NCBI GenBank assembly: GCA_048938855.1
Contig: JBHLLT010000001.1
Coordinates: 1 to 64,000, forward strand
DNA length: 64,000 nt
Direction: 5' to 3'
From: Promethearchaeota archaeon
Lineage (GTDB): Archaea; Asgardarchaeota; Lokiarchaeia; Sigyniarchaeales; SOKP01
Both the position numbers and the translations under genes were made by a program. The notes beneath the pieces were generated by a model. That model did no database searches. It had not been told where the DNA came from and worked only from the letters and a program-made list of their open reading frames with translations. How positions within the stretch are numbered: position 1 is the stretch's first letter; each line of letters opens with the position of its first letter. Below are positions 37,859-47,008 of this stretch, piece after piece.

Positions 37859-39048
37859 GTTATATGTATTTCTATTACATCATAATCTTCCAAATTATAA
37901 TCTGAGCCAACTTTTTTGCGTTTCTGACGTGCTCCTTCACGTATTACTATAGCATGATCAAAATTCTCATAAAAACTTCTGTGAATTTTTTCGGCGACTT
38001 CCTTTACTGTAACACCTTCTTCCATAAGGAGAGGTTGATTAGCAACTATTCCATTACTCATGGTAAATATCCTTATCTTCTTTAAAACTTTTAAGATAAT
38101 TTCACCAAAATCTTTTGGGAAATTATCTTTATAGATACTAGTTCCTAGAATTATGGGAAATCTATCAGAATATTTCCTTTTTAAGATTTCAAAAGTCTCT
38201 TGAGTATGAGGAAGATCTCCTTTTGTACCAATTAGGATTACTTTCTTATATACAATTGAAGGGATTAAAGCATCTATAATATCATCAATAGTTATTTTAC
38301 CATATACCTTAACAATTCCATTACGAATTCCATTTTCGGTTACTATTTCTTTTATTTGTTCTGTTAAGTTGTCTAAATCCTTTATTTTCTTTGCTTTTTT
38401 AGTTAAATATAACACTTGAATCTTATTAGCACCAGTTTTTTCGATAGTTAGCGGGGGGGCGGTCTGGTTTATCCTAATTTCAGCTTTTGTTAATTCAGTT
38501 ATTAAAAGATCCATCTGTTCATTTATATTCCTTGATAAGTCAATACAAAAACATAAGAGATCTGCTGCTCTAAGTTGCGAAAGAATCTCTTTTCCATTAC
38601 CAATACCTTCCGAAGCACCTTCCATTATAGAGGGCATATCTACAATTTGAAATCTAATACTTTGATATTTATAGATTCCAATTTCTGGAATCGGGGTAAA
38701 TTTACCAATTTTTTCTTCTGCTGCACCTGTTAAATAATTTAAAAGTGTAGTTTTTCCTGCACCAGGAATATAGAAACTACTGATCAATATTATTTGGAGT
38801 CCTTCTTTTTTTATAGAGAAAGGGCTCACAATTTTTTGAGTGCTTTTCTGTTTTTGTCTGTGCTCCTCGACTTCCCGTTTCATCTTAGCTAAACGAGATT
38901 TATTGAGTGCTACAATTTTTTCTGTAGCTTTATGCTTAGGAACAAGTGATAAGAACTCTTCTAATTTCTTAATTTTTTCTTCTTTAGAACCAGCATCAAG
39001 ATATTCTTGATATTTTGCTTTTGCAGCAGGTGGTAAATTTGAGCTCAA
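37855..39048 (-). CDS. DRG/OBG-family GTP-binding protein with TGS domain (G motifs atypical)
   Basis: PKHKATEK, GAGKTT, IVDMPSIMEGASEG.GNGKE, TKGD, IHRSF, LEDYDVIEI. Confidence 0.85.
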   Translation of the reverse strand: MSSNLPPAAKAKYQEYLDAGSKEEKIKKLEEFLSLVPKHKATEKIVALNKSRLAKMKREVEEHRQKQKSTQKIVSPFSIKKEGLQIILISSFYIPGAGKTTLLNYLTGAAEEKIGKFTPIPEIGIYKYQSIRFQIVDMPSIMEGASEGIGNGKEILSQLRAADLLCFCIDLSRNINEQMDLLITELTKAEIRINQTAPPLTIEKTGANKIQVLYLTKKAKKIKDLDNLTEQIKEIVTENGIRNGIVKVYGKITIDDIIDALIPSIVYKKVILIGTKGDLPHTQETFEILKRKYSDRFPIILGTSIYKDNFPKDFGEIILKVLKKIRIFTMSNGIVANQPLLMEEGVTVKEVAEKIHRSFYENFDHAIVIREGARQKRKKVGSDYNLEDYDVIEIHIT

Positions 39049-39068
39049 AAGAAAACACTTATTAATAA

Positions 39069-39524
39069 TTAAAATAAAGATCGAAATCTATCTTCTGTTT
39101 TTAATCTTAAATCTCCTAATACTTCATTAACCCGGGATTCAAATTGCTTGAAATATTTAGGTTTTTTTGAAAATATATCATTAAGGGGATAACGGTTTAA
39201 GAAATAGGTAATTATTTGATTTAACTGGCGTTTAACTACATTTGCATCTGTTTCTTTTTCTATTATTGCATAGGTTAATAAAGGCTGTTTATCAGAATTA
39301 TCTTCGCTTGGTAGTGTAATCATCTCACAAAAACAGACCAACTTAAAGCTTGCCAGACTAATTACATTTATGTCATCACCAAAAACTTCCGACGTGAATT
39401 GCTCTAACGCTGTAAGGAAACCAGCACGTAAATTTGGATCCAAAACATCATCTGAGGATGAATAATATTTAATCTCAACTAAGTTTCGCATACCTAAATT
39501 TATTCCTACTTCAAGAACGGCCAT
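39069..39524 (-). CDS. Longin-like domain protein
   Basis: LRAGFLTALEQFTSEVFGD...LNQIITYFLNRY...FKQFESRV. Confidence 0.7.
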   Translation of the reverse strand: MAVLEVGINLGMRNLVEIKYYSSSDDVLDPNLRAGFLTALEQFTSEVFGDDINVISLASFKLVCFCEMITLPSEDNSDKQPLLTYAIIEKETDANVVKRQLNQIITYFLNRYPLNDIFSKKPKYFKQFESRVNEVLGDLRLKTEDRFRSLF

Positions 39525-39734
39525 TTTAAAAAAAGATATCTTTTTACAATCTCAATTGTCAAGTTTTATAATATAAATTATAATTTTTATTTCTATTTTT
39601 TTTTTAACTCTTTATTTAATTTAATTTTAATTGTTATTTAAAAGGATAAAGAGTTTTATTGATTTATTTTTTTGGATTATCCTATTGTAACATATAAATT
39701 TTATTCTAATTTAAAAGATTAATTTATAGAAATA

Positions 39735-40598
39735 TTAAATTTGCTTAATCTGTTTCTCATAAAGAAAAAAGGTATTTTCACAAAGCATTGCTACAGTCAT
39801 TGGTCCTATTCCTCCAGGAACAGGCGTTATTTTCCCACACTTATCATAGACTCCTTCAAAATCGATATCTCCATATATTTTCCCTTCAATTCTGTTTATA
39901 CCTACATCAATGAGAATTGCTCCATCTTTGATTTTTTCTTTAGTTATGAATTTTGGTTTTCCAACACCAACAATTACTATATCTGCTTTTCTGATATAGC
40001 TATCAATATCCTTTGTGGAAGTATGACAAATTGTAACAGTAGCATTTCTTTTCAATAGCATGAATATCAGAGGTTTACCAACTAAATTGGAACGATTAAT
40101 AATAACAACATCTTTTCCCTTCAGTGTAATATTATTGCTTTCTAGTAATTTTATTATCCCTTTCGGAGTACAAGGCCCTTGATCCTCAATATAATCAAAA
40201 AGCTTTCCTCTCGTAACAGGATGTAAGCCATCTGCATCTTTTAATGGTGAAATTTTATCAATAAATTCCGCAGTAAAATTTCTTAAGTGTTCTGGAAGAG
40301 GTATTTGTAGTAAAATTCCATGAATGCTACTATCGTTATTAACTTTTTCGATCTCTTCTAATAATTGCTCCCTCGAAATATTCTCATTTAACTCTATTTC
40401 AACAGAATCGATGCCTACACTTTGACAGGTTCTATGTTTAATATTTACATAAATTTTAGATGCAGGGTCTTTTCCTACAAGAATCGTTGCCAACTTTGGT
40501 CTAATGCCTGTCATATCTACTGCTTTTTTGATTTTAATCTTCAAATCTGCATTTAATTTTTCTGCTAACTTTTTTCCATCTAAAATTTTGGTATTCAT
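39735..40598 (-). CDS. folD: Methylenetetrahydrofolate dehydrogenase/cyclohydrolase
   Basis: LDGKKLA, DPASKIYV, HGILLQIPLP, PCTPKG, RSNLVGKP, ITPVPGGIGPMT. Confidence 0.97.
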   Translation of the reverse strand: MNTKILDGKKLAEKLNADLKIKIKKAVDMTGIRPKLATILVGKDPASKIYVNIKHRTCQSVGIDSVEIELNENISREQLLEEIEKVNNDSSIHGILLQIPLPEHLRNFTAEFIDKISPLKDADGLHPVTRGKLFDYIEDQGPCTPKGIIKLLESNNITLKGKDVVIINRSNLVGKPLIFMLLKRNATVTICHTSTKDIDSYIRKADIVIVGVGKPKFITKEKIKDGAILIDVGINRIEGKIYGDIDFEGVYDKCGKITPVPGGIGPMTVAMLCENTFFLYEKQIKQI

Positions 40599-40686
40599 GA
40601 TTATTCTTGGTTATACTAGAATTTGAATCTAAAAAAAGTAATTATATTAATAGCAAAATAAATTGTCCTTTTTTAAAGTAAATTCC

Positions 40687-41796
40687 TTAAATTCTTCTTC
40701 TTTTCCAAAGAAAGACAACTATTGCGATAATTAATCCGATAGAACCTAGAACGACCCCCAAAATCAAATAGTTAAACTCAACCATCCATATTTCATCATT
40801 TAGAAAAGATAATTTTTGTAATGTATTTAGAGTTTCAAATCCGTGGTAAGAAGAAGTTACTGAAGAAATTATTGATTGATCTTCTTGAAAAGTCTCTGTA
40901 AATCCACCATCCTCGAAGTTTTGATGCTTTAAAACCCATGAAACTATTTTTTGAGTGTCTAACGCCTCACTATTGATTAAAGAAATTGCTTTTACACAAT
41001 AATATGTACTACTTAATAATGCATTTGATGCTAATTCAGAAGGGAGAAATCCTCCATAATTGTCAAGATCTGCGGAAACATTGACATAAAAAGATTTGAG
41101 GTATTCCAATGTTTTATTAATATCAACAAGATCATTAATATCTCCAAATCTTTCATCGGCAAGAATAAATGCGGCAATACTTGTATCAAAAAAGGTTGAT
41201 GATAGTGTTTGATTTCCTCCATATCCACCATCTGTATTATTACATGAAAGAACCCAATTTTTATGAGTTGATACATTTGCAATCGGTTTATCTATTAATG
41301 AGTAGATTTGAATTGCATAATATGTGCAAGTAAGGCTCGATAAATGGGTAGTATTTGAAAAGGAAAAACCACCTGCAGGTTGTGCTGTTTCATTTAGAAA
41401 TTCATAAATTTTAGTTGTGAGAACTGATGTAATAGTGAACTCTAATAAGTTCAATGATTTCAATAGGTAATATATGTTATAAATATTTACTACAGTGCTA
41501 TCAAACATATCTTTAATTCTTTCTTCCAATTCAGTACCTATGGAGGTAAAATCATGTAGATTTGTTCCCATATCATTCAAAATGCTTAGTGCATAAGCTG
41601 TTGCTTCAAGAGAAACTAGTTCTTCCCCACCCTCACCACTAATAACATTAGAAAAGCCTTCTCCTTCGATTTCAGTATTTAATATGAAATCCCTTAAATA
41701 TGAATGTCGAGTTTTTCCTAATACGCTCGGAATTGCATTTATTGTTAAAATTATTGCGAAAGTAATGATGATAAATTTCCGATATTTATGTTTCAA
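40687..41796 (-). CDS. Prenyltransferase/squalene-oxidase repeat protein with a signal peptide and C-terminal TM anchor
   Basis: Repeats such as AGGFSF, WVLSCNNTDGGYG, YGGF, WVLKHQNFEDGGF, TYYA/TYYC; hydrophobic N-terminus; C-terminal TM followed by WKRRRI. Confidence 0.8.
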   Translation of the reverse strand: MKHKYRKFIIITFAIILTINAIPSVLGKTRHSYLRDFILNTEIEGEGFSNVISGEGGEELVSLEATAYALSILNDMGTNLHDFTSIGTELEERIKDMFDSTVVNIYNIYYLLKSLNLLEFTITSVLTTKIYEFLNETAQPAGGFSFSNTTHLSSLTCTYYAIQIYSLIDKPIANVSTHKNWVLSCNNTDGGYGGNQTLSSTFFDTSIAAFILADERFGDINDLVDINKTLEYLKSFYVNVSADLDNYGGFLPSELASNALLSSTYYCVKAISLINSEALDTQKIVSWVLKHQNFEDGGFTETFQEDQSIISSVTSSYHGFETLNTLQKLSFLNDEIWMVEFNYLILGVVLGSIGLIIAIVVFLWKRRRI

Positions 41797-41951
41797 TTAA
41801 AGATACCTAAATCTGATAAATTAAAATTTAATTTGTTAAATATATCTTGAAATTAAAAATTAACTATATGATTAAGAGACTTTAAGTGATATCTTAAATT
41901 CATAAATTTTGGCAAGAATTACTAATAAAAGATTTATATCTCTCCTATTGA

Positions 41952-43472
41952 TTAAAGGATTTCACTGATATCTCGATATAACAATTCTCTATTGACTTGA
42001 AATTGATCGTATGTGATAAATAATTTTCGAAAAGATTCTAAACTACCTAGAATCGCAGCTCCATTAAAAATAGCATATTGAAGATTATCTGGTACGAAAA
42101 ATTTGAGGACTTTACTTGCTGATTTAATAGTTTCAGAGAATTCTCTGGCAGCTGATTTTTCCTCTATTACTTTTGGGATATCGGGAATTTCTATTGATTC
42201 TATAGGCTTTCCACAATATGGGCAGAAAACAGAATCAGAATCAGGAATTTGTTTTCCACAATTTGGACAATTACCTTTTAATGGTTTTTGTGTACCATCA
42301 TCTTGCTTACTAATTTTAATCTTGGGCAATACTAATACACCACCACATGAAGGACATAAATTCTTTCCATCACTGAGATCTATAAATGCACCACAGTGAG
42401 GACAATTATCTGCCTTCTTTTTAGAAATTTCTACTGCTTGTAACTTAATTAATTCACTTTTAACAGCAGACAGAGGTGTAACTGGTTTTGGAATAGCACC
42501 TAATTCAGGAAGAATTGAATCTAATTCCACTTCAAAACGTTCTTGAAATCCTGAATATGTGAGATTTCCTCCAGAAAAAACTATATGAGATAAAAGATCA
42601 TACCAATATAAACTATCAATATTTCTTAAACTTGCGAGAATTGCTTGAGGAATATTCATGACATTACTATAACCTAGCATTGCAGGATTAAATAATACTT
42701 CTGGAGCTTGATAGAGAATATAAGTTGGAACATTAATAGTTGATCCATCGGGCATGGGAACTCCAAACATATCTCCGGATTTTATAGATTTATTTGCATC
42801 TAAAACAAAGTAACAGTTTTTTTCTTTTATTTCTTGAATAATTTCATCTGCTGCACTTGAAGCAATACTCACACCTTCTCTCATTAGTAGACTTTTTAAA
42901 TTTTGATTTACATCAATTCCTGCTAAAGAGAGTTTTTGAACAGCATGTTGCACAATTTTACCGTTTATTATTGGTACAATCCAGGTTAATCCATCCCCCG
43001 ATTCGATTACTAATCCTGTCGTTAACCCTACACTAAATAACGATAATAATGGTGTTGGCATCATCATTAAACTATTAACCCGGTGTGTTTCAAAGAAAAG
43101 TCGAGCAATATATTCTTTTGTATCCTTATTTATGAAAGGCGATTCACAATAAAAAACTGGATATTTAGACAGATCTTCGATTCTAAGTAGTGAATAAAAA
43201 ATATAATTCAAGATTTCATAGTAACTTTCCCAATCCATAATTTCTCCACGACTTAAAGGATGTTTGATTTTTAATACCCCCCTCATCCGTGATACATCGT
43301 TTCCAACATAAATACTTCTAGCACTTACATCGACCATGACAGATTTGTATTTTTCAGTTCCAGTAATACAAGGGAATACAAATCTTGGTCCAGGTTCTCC
43401 CGCAAATCCTATTTTGACATATGCTGATCCGATATCAATTATAATTGGGGTTCCAGCTAAAGGTAGTGCCAT
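41952..43472 (-). CDS. Actin-family protein (Asgard actin/ARP) with a zinc-ribbon insertion
   Basis: IIIDIGSAYVKIGFAGE..PRFVFP, IKHPL.RG.I.DW, VGLTTGLVIESGDGLT..VPI, EIKEKNCY, PEVLFNP, VFSGG, NGAAILGSL; insert carries CPHC, CPSC, CPNC, CPYC. Confidence 0.93.
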   Translation of the reverse strand: MALPLAGTPIIIDIGSAYVKIGFAGEPGPRFVFPCITGTEKYKSVMVDVSARSIYVGNDVSRMRGVLKIKHPLSRGEIMDWESYYEILNYIFYSLLRIEDLSKYPVFYCESPFINKDTKEYIARLFFETHRVNSLMMMPTPLLSLFSVGLTTGLVIESGDGLTWIVPIINGKIVQHAVQKLSLAGIDVNQNLKSLLMREGVSIASSAADEIIQEIKEKNCYFVLDANKSIKSGDMFGVPMPDGSTINVPTYILYQAPEVLFNPAMLGYSNVMNIPQAILASLRNIDSLYWYDLLSHIVFSGGNLTYSGFQERFEVELDSILPELGAIPKPVTPLSAVKSELIKLQAVEISKKKADNCPHCGAFIDLSDGKNLCPSCGGVLVLPKIKISKQDDGTQKPLKGNCPNCGKQIPDSDSVFCPYCGKPIESIEIPDIPKVIEEKSAAREFSETIKSASKVLKFFVPDNLQYAIFNGAAILGSLESFRKLFITYDQFQVNRELLYRDISEIL

Positions 43473-43571
43473 TTTTTATCACAATTATATTTTTTGATGA
43501 ATGTTATTAATAATCTATATTTATGATTTTTATAATTATTTTATAGAATTTAAAAGTAAGAATTATTTTAA

Positions 43572-43997
43572 TTACTTTTTCATAAATTTAAGAAGAGTTT
43601 TGAGGATTTCTTTTTGCATGACTATACCTATAAGATCATTATTTTCATCTACAACGGGTAATCGTTGTACTTTTTTATTGAACATTATCTCTAAAACATA
43701 GACTAATGTATCATCTTCTTTTACAACAAATGGTTCTGGCGTCATTAAATCCTTAACAAGCGTATTGGGGGAGTCTAAACTCATTGCAAACCTGGCAAGA
43801 CGTATATCTCTTTGCGTAATAATGCCAATTAATCTTTTATCCTTTCTATCTTTAACAATAGGAAGACCTCCAATATTTTTCCTAATCATCAATAATTCAG
43901 TAGCACTTATTTTCTCATTTGGAAATGTATATAATGGATCTTTTATCATTATCTCAGAAACTTTTATTTTACTTAGTTTGCTTAAACAATCTTCCAT
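43572..43997 (-). CDS. CBS-domain pair protein
   Basis: GGLPIV...LIGIITQRD and QRLPVVDE..LIGIV. Confidence 0.92.
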   Translation of the reverse strand: MEDCLSKLSKIKVSEIMIKDPLYTFPNEKISATELLMIRKNIGGLPIVKDRKDKRLIGIITQRDIRLARFAMSLDSPNTLVKDLMTPEPFVVKEDDTLVYVLEIMFNKKVQRLPVVDENNDLIGIVMQKEILKTLLKFMKK

Positions 43998-44088
43998 ATT
44001 AAAACCCCAAATTTAAAAAAATTATTCAAAAATCAATCTCGAAATTTTCTAATAGAAGATAATCAATATTAAAATTAAAATGTATTTA

Positions 44089-44487
44089 TTAGCGACTACT
44101 AATAGATTCAATTAGTTTTTTCTCAATTTTTATTAATTCCTTTGAATGTGCCTTATATATCTTTAATAGATATTCACCCCACTCGTTTAACTTTACCCAA
44201 CCCCCTCCACCGCGGCCTCCTTTTCCAGTGATAACAGGACTCATTCCAGTCCTATTTTCAATTCTTTTTAAAATATTCCATGCATATTTATATGAATATC
44301 CCTCTTTTTTTTTATGAGTACATTCTTTAGCTGCTTGAGTGAGAGAACCTCCATCATTTTTTTTAATTTTATCTAACAACTCCGCCCATCCAGATCCCAA
44401 TATATTTTTATTATCAAATTTTAACCATAGTTTTACTCCAAAACCTACTTTAGATTTTAATTCTTCTATATTGGGATGATTTTCCAT
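44089..44487 (-). CDS. ModE-family winged-helix regulator (N-terminal domain only)
   Basis: ILGSGWAELL, GSLTQAAK, SYKYAW, GGRGGGG. Confidence 0.85.
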   Translation of the reverse strand: MENHPNIEELKSKVGFGVKLWLKFDNKNILGSGWAELLDKIKKNDGGSLTQAAKECTHKKKEGYSYKYAWNILKRIENRTGMSPVITGKGGRGGGGWVKLNEWGEYLLKIYKAHSKELIKIEKKLIESISSR

Positions 44488-44601
44488 TATATTATTATTT
44501 GTTTTTTGTTCATTTAATAGTTTGTTATATATTAGAAAAGAAAGACATAAAAGGTACGCTCATTTTATCTTTTTAAGAAATACAGAATTCAAGTATACAT
44601 T

Positions 44602-45366
44602 ATGTTTTTTTCACGCGGAGAAACTGAAAAAAAAGGGAAAGAAGTTTTAAAAAATCTCTACTTTTTTTCAGAAAATCAAATGTTAGATTGTAATCAATAT
44701 ATAATAGAGAATAATGAAACTAAAGAACTAACATTATTTGATGCTGGTAATGGAATTTCTCTCAAAGGCTTATTTAAAGGTATGGAAAAATATAAACTTG
44801 ATTACCATAATATTACTAAAGTATTTTTAACACATGAGCATGTAGATCATACGATAGGGCTTTACTCATTAATGAAATTACTGTCAGAAACACTACCTCA
44901 AATCTATGCTTATGGTGAAACTGCTAAAATTCTGAGAGAAGGAGATGTTTCTCAAATATTTCCTGGGAATTTGGGAATAAAACCAAGTATGTTTGGAGTT
45001 GAAATCGTTCCATTGCATGTCTCAAATTTAGAAAATCTTAGTGAAATTGAAATTTCTCCCGATTTTAAATTTCAAATCCACTATACTCCAGGACATTCAT
45101 TAGGTTCGATATGTTATTATGAGAGAACAAAAAAAATACTAATTCCCGGAGATTTAGTGTTTCAAATGGATAAAGTTTTTAATATCGGCAGTTTTGGACG
45201 TTATGATTTTCCAGGTGGATCATTAGAATCTTTGAAAAATTCAATTCGTTATACGACAGAACTTGATGTATCTATTTTACTCCCAGGTCATATGGGGGTT
45301 GTTCTAGAGAAAGCAAATAAGCATATTGAAGCAGCACATAGATCTATCATGACTATTCAGTATTAG
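44602..45366 (+). CDS. MBL-fold metallo-hydrolase
   Basis: THEHVDH, TPGHSLG, GDLVF, GRYDFPGG, LPGH. Confidence 0.92.
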   Translation: MFFSRGETEKKGKEVLKNLYFFSENQMLDCNQYIIENNETKELTLFDAGNGISLKGLFKGMEKYKLDYHNITKVFLTHEHVDHTIGLYSLMKLLSETLPQIYAYGETAKILREGDVSQIFPGNLGIKPSMFGVEIVPLHVSNLENLSEIEISPDFKFQIHYTPGHSLGSICYYERTKKILIPGDLVFQMDKVFNIGSFGRYDFPGGSLESLKNSIRYTTELDVSILLPGHMGVVLEKANKHIEAAHRSIMTIQY

Positions 45367-45512
45367 ATTCAAGGTCTCAATATTCAAAATGCTAATTTTT
45401 ATGCTTTAATTGCACATTTAAATAAATTCTCTAAGATACTAATATTTAAATAACCCTTCAATCTATTATTTTTATAATCCTCATTAAATTAAAAAAATCG
45501 TGAAAATATATT

Positions 45513-46175
45513 ATGTCTGAGCAAAAAAAACCCAAGTTCGCTGAGGTAATATTTCTCCGTTCTTACCCTAAAGTGATCTTCTTTTATCCTTTACTGGTCA
45601 CCTCATTGATTCTTTGGTTGATCCAAGCATTACTGCCTGCTGATAACTCGGTATTAGGTTACATTTGGTTTATAGTGTTCTTTATCAATATTTTCGTTAC
45701 AGCTTTTGACTTTTCTTCAACGAAATTCTTTGTTCTAGTATTAGCAATTGTTATTGTTATTTTGTTAGTTGTTTTCCTAGTTTTGCCATATTATTCAATC
45801 CCTTTTGCATCTTTTAGTATTTACCTTGCATTACCTTATCAATTTTATATGTTAATGTCAATAATTCTTGGTTTTATTTTAGGGATTGTATTAATTAGTA
45901 CCAGGTTTGAATACTATAAAATTGAAAGAAATGAAATATTCCACAAGACAGGTATATTTACTTCAGCTGAGCGATTTCCTGTAAAAAGCTTAAGATTTAG
46001 AAAAGACATTCCTGATGTCTTTGAATTCTTTATGTTACGTGCTGGTCGATTGACTATAATGCCTGGAAAAGCTGATGAAGTCATGATCTTGCCTACAGTG
46101 CTTAACATTAATAAAAAGGAAGCACATCTTGATTGGTTACTATCTGAAGTCTCTGTCGAACCAGATGATGATTAA
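45513..46175 (+). CDS. Membrane protein (4 TM) with a C-terminal soluble, possibly PH-like, domain
   Basis: Four hydrophobic segments, then YYKIERNEIFHKTGIF...ERFP...DVFEFFML.AGRL. Confidence 0.65.
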   Translation: MSEQKKPKFAEVIFLRSYPKVIFFYPLLVTSLILWLIQALLPADNSVLGYIWFIVFFINIFVTAFDFSSTKFFVLVLAIVIVILLVVFLVLPYYSIPFASFSIYLALPYQFYMLMSIILGFILGIVLISTRFEYYKIERNEIFHKTGIFTSAERFPVKSLRFRKDIPDVFEFFMLRAGRLTIMPGKADEVMILPTVLNINKKEAHLDWLLSEVSVEPDDD

Positions 46176-46269
46176 AAATAAATCAATTATCTTTTTTTTA
46201 ATTTTTTATTCTTTTACCTGATTAAATTTAGATAAATTTAAGTGATAATTAGCACTTTAAATTACACCT

Positions 46270-46995
46270 ATGTCTCATCCACCAATAATTTTATTTGATT
46301 TTGATGGAGTTATTATAACACAAAAATCTTTAGAATATACAGCATCTAAATTAATTAAGAATGAGTTTTTTAGATGGAAAAACATAGAACACATGAGATT
46401 AATAGATTTTGCAAGACTTTTTGAGGAATCTGACTCAAAAAATAGAATAGTGGCTTTAAAACAAATTAATAAAGCATATAAACCGTTTATTCCAAGTATT
46501 TGGAGGAGGAATTTATTTTTTATCAAATTTAGACGTATGTATCCAAAACTAGAGAAGAATGAAACTTTAAAACCGGATTTAGACCAAGTTTTAACCCACC
46601 TTAAAAATCATAATTTTAAGTTAGGAATTGTTTCTAATACAAGTAAAGAGCGATTAGATTTTTTTAGAAAAAAACTTAATCTGGATAGGTTTTTTTCTGT
46701 CTTTATTTCTAGAGATGATGCTCGCTATAGAAAACCTAATCCATACCCAATAATTACTGCATTAATGAAAATTAAGACACTTTTTAAATATTCAATAAAT
46801 AAAGACAATGTTTATTATATTGGTGATCTTCCCGCTGATATTGAATGTGCTAAGAATGCTAATGTAAAATGTATTGCTTTACTTTCGGGTCATGGTACAA
46901 AAGAGAGTTTAGAAAAATCTAATCCTACGTATTTACTTCAAAATATTAAATCCATTTTAGAAATTGAGCCTTTCAAAAAATTCTTATTGAATTAA
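46270..46995 (+). CDS. HAD-family hydrolase (phosphoglycolate phosphatase-like)
   Basis: FDFDGV, IVSN, KPNP, IGDLPADI. Confidence 0.92.
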   Translation: MSHPPIILFDFDGVIITQKSLEYTASKLIKNEFFRWKNIEHMRLIDFARLFEESDSKNRIVALKQINKAYKPFIPSIWRRNLFFIKFRRMYPKLEKNETLKPDLDQVLTHLKNHNFKLGIVSNTSKERLDFFRKKLNLDRFFSVFISRDDARYRKPNPYPIITALMKIKTLFKYSINKDNVYYIGDLPADIECAKNANVKCIALLSGHGTKESLEKSNPTYLLQNIKSILEIEPFKKFLLN

Positions 46996-47008
46996 ACACT
47001 CTATAACA

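Noticed and set aside
44520-44552. ModE box upstream of the ModE-like gene
   Set aside because: Only one half-site (GTTATATA) is good; the second half and the spacing do not fit.
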